From NCBI GenBank assembly GCA_037381915.1, contig JARRQJ010000022.1, positions 973-64,972 of the forward strand: 64,000 nucleotides of DNA. The letters run 5' to 3'. Below the pieces are notes generated by a model. It ran no database searches and had not been told where the DNA came from. It saw only the letters and a list, made by a program, of their open reading frames with translations. Source of the stretch: Gammaproteobacteria bacterium. GTDB taxonomy: Bacteria > Pseudomonadota > Gammaproteobacteria > DRLM01. Shown in pieces: positions 63,112 to 64,000 of the stretch (position 1 is its first letter; each line of letters starts with the position of its first letter). Both the position numbers and the translations under genes were made by a program.

Positions 63112-63422
63112 ATGTACCACCGTCGTTTATTCCAATCCCAATCAGGCGCCGCCAATGGGCGCCGGACTCGTCCAGCCCGCAACCATATCACGTCCGACAG
63201 GCGATCTGGAAAGCACTCGGCGAGAGCCGCCGTCACCCGGGCTGTGCCAGCGGGCTCCCCCGCCACGCATCGATTCCATGAACATCGCAGACGTGATACT
63301 AACCGCAGGTAACCAATCATGGCGCGGCCGGCACGGGATTGCGGCCTCCGGAAATATTGTGAAATTGCCCCGCATAGGCCCAAAATGATCAAGCGCAGGA
63401 ATTTTGCCGGGACATTGGCCGT

Positions 63423-64000
63423 ATGAACCGCGTGCAACGCTGGTGGCTACAACGCTTTTTACGCAGGCACCGCATTCCGCTGACGCTGTGGGAAACCGCC
63501 GTCTCACAAGCAGCGGTCTTGATGCGGCTCGATCCCGCCGAGCGCCTGCGTCTCCGGGAACTGACCAGCCGCTTTCTCCATGACAAGACCATCGTCGGTG
63601 CCCAGGGGCTGCTGGTGACCGATGAAATGCGGGTTTTGATCGCGGCTCAGGCGTGTCTGCTGATACTCAAGCTCGACTTCGACTACTTCGACGGCTGGCG
63701 TGAAGTGATCGTCTACCCCGATAGCTTTGTCGTGGCCCACCAGGTACGCGACGAAAGCGGTGTCGTGCATCGAACCCGCCGCGCCCTGGGCGGCGAATCC
63801 TGGGGACAGGGCCCGGTCATTCTGTCATGGCGGGACGCCCAACCGGATGCCCATCCTCACGGCCACGGCTCCAATGTCATCCTCCACGAGTTCGCCCACA
63901 AACTGGATATGTTGAACGGCGCGGCTAACGGCATGCCGCCGCTGCATGGCGATATGTCGCGTTCGGCCTGGACCGCGGCGCTCTCTTCCGCCTACGACGA
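63423..64000 (+). CDS. mtfA: Mlc titration factor A (MtfA) zinc-dependent peptidase, 3'-partial at the window end
   Basis: …DGWREVIVYPDSFVV…GGESWGQGPVILSWRD…SNVILHEFAHKLD… aligns with E. coli MtfA (GFHEVLIYPAPFVV…SGQSWQQGPIVLNW…NLIIHEVAHKLD). The frame is open to the window end. Confidence 0.8.
   Translation, partial: MNRVQRWWLQRFLRRHRIPLTLWETAVSQAAVLMRLDPAERLRLRELTSRFLHDKTIVGAQGLLVTDEMRVLIAAQACLLILKLDFDYFDGWREVIVYPDSFVVAHQVRDESGVVHRTRRALGGESWGQGPVILSWRDAQPDAHPHGHGSNVILHEFAHKLDMLNGAANGMPPLHGDMSRSAWTAALSSAYD

Overview
This is a 64-kb stretch of a high-GC (about 60-65% GC by eye) chromosome whose gene order resembles Gammaproteobacteria. I did not find a single clearly defined novel multi-gene system such as a defence island, CRISPR array, transposase, integrase or prophage. 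The accessory, lineage-unusual content is listed as findings below.

The gene-order call rests on three conserved blocks: tig-clpP-clpX-lon-hupB-ppiD with embedded tRNAs; dnaQ-rnhA-methyltransferase-gloB-mltD as in Pseudomonas; and yejABEF. I count about 45 real protein genes and 7 tRNAs.

The leftmost ~940 bp are sharply AT-rich (about 35% GC). They carry fragments of a short-chain dehydrogenase (SDR) and a UbiA-type prenyltransferase, and they abut the GC-rich core at a junction that truncates an MFS transporter gene. This is either an island edge or an assembly chimera.

Housekeeping genes:
- uvrA, fabI, aroC, dnaQ, rnhA, gloB, mltD, lon, clpX, clpP, tig, ppiD and HU.
- An RND efflux pair.
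- The yejABEF peptide ABC importer.
- A sodium:dicarboxylate symporter.
- E1 alpha/beta subunits of a 2-oxoacid dehydrogenase with no E2.
- bepA.

Accessory or unusual content:
- A bactofilin gene next to a degenerate methyltransferase-like ORF and a 1418-aa PAS-GGDEF-EAL sensor.
- An archaeal-type bifunctional fructose-1,6-bisphosphate aldolase/phosphatase beside a secreted lactonase-like beta-propeller and a DUF72 protein.
- A secreted protein with about 17 ankyrin repeats in a co-directional cluster with a TerB-family protein and the E1 alpha/beta genes.
- A lipoprotein with RTX calcium-binding repeats but no adjacent type I secretion genes.
- A cluster of small secreted or lipoproteins, including a Met/His/Asp-rich 62-aa lipoprotein with a perfect Shine-Dalgarno (SD) site and a DUF3617 protein, next to a group-2 truncated hemoglobin and mtfA.

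Several short regulatory-looking repeats and palindromes are flagged.

Coordinates I derived by hand may be off by 1-3 nt. Coordinates taken from the six-frame ORF track are exact.
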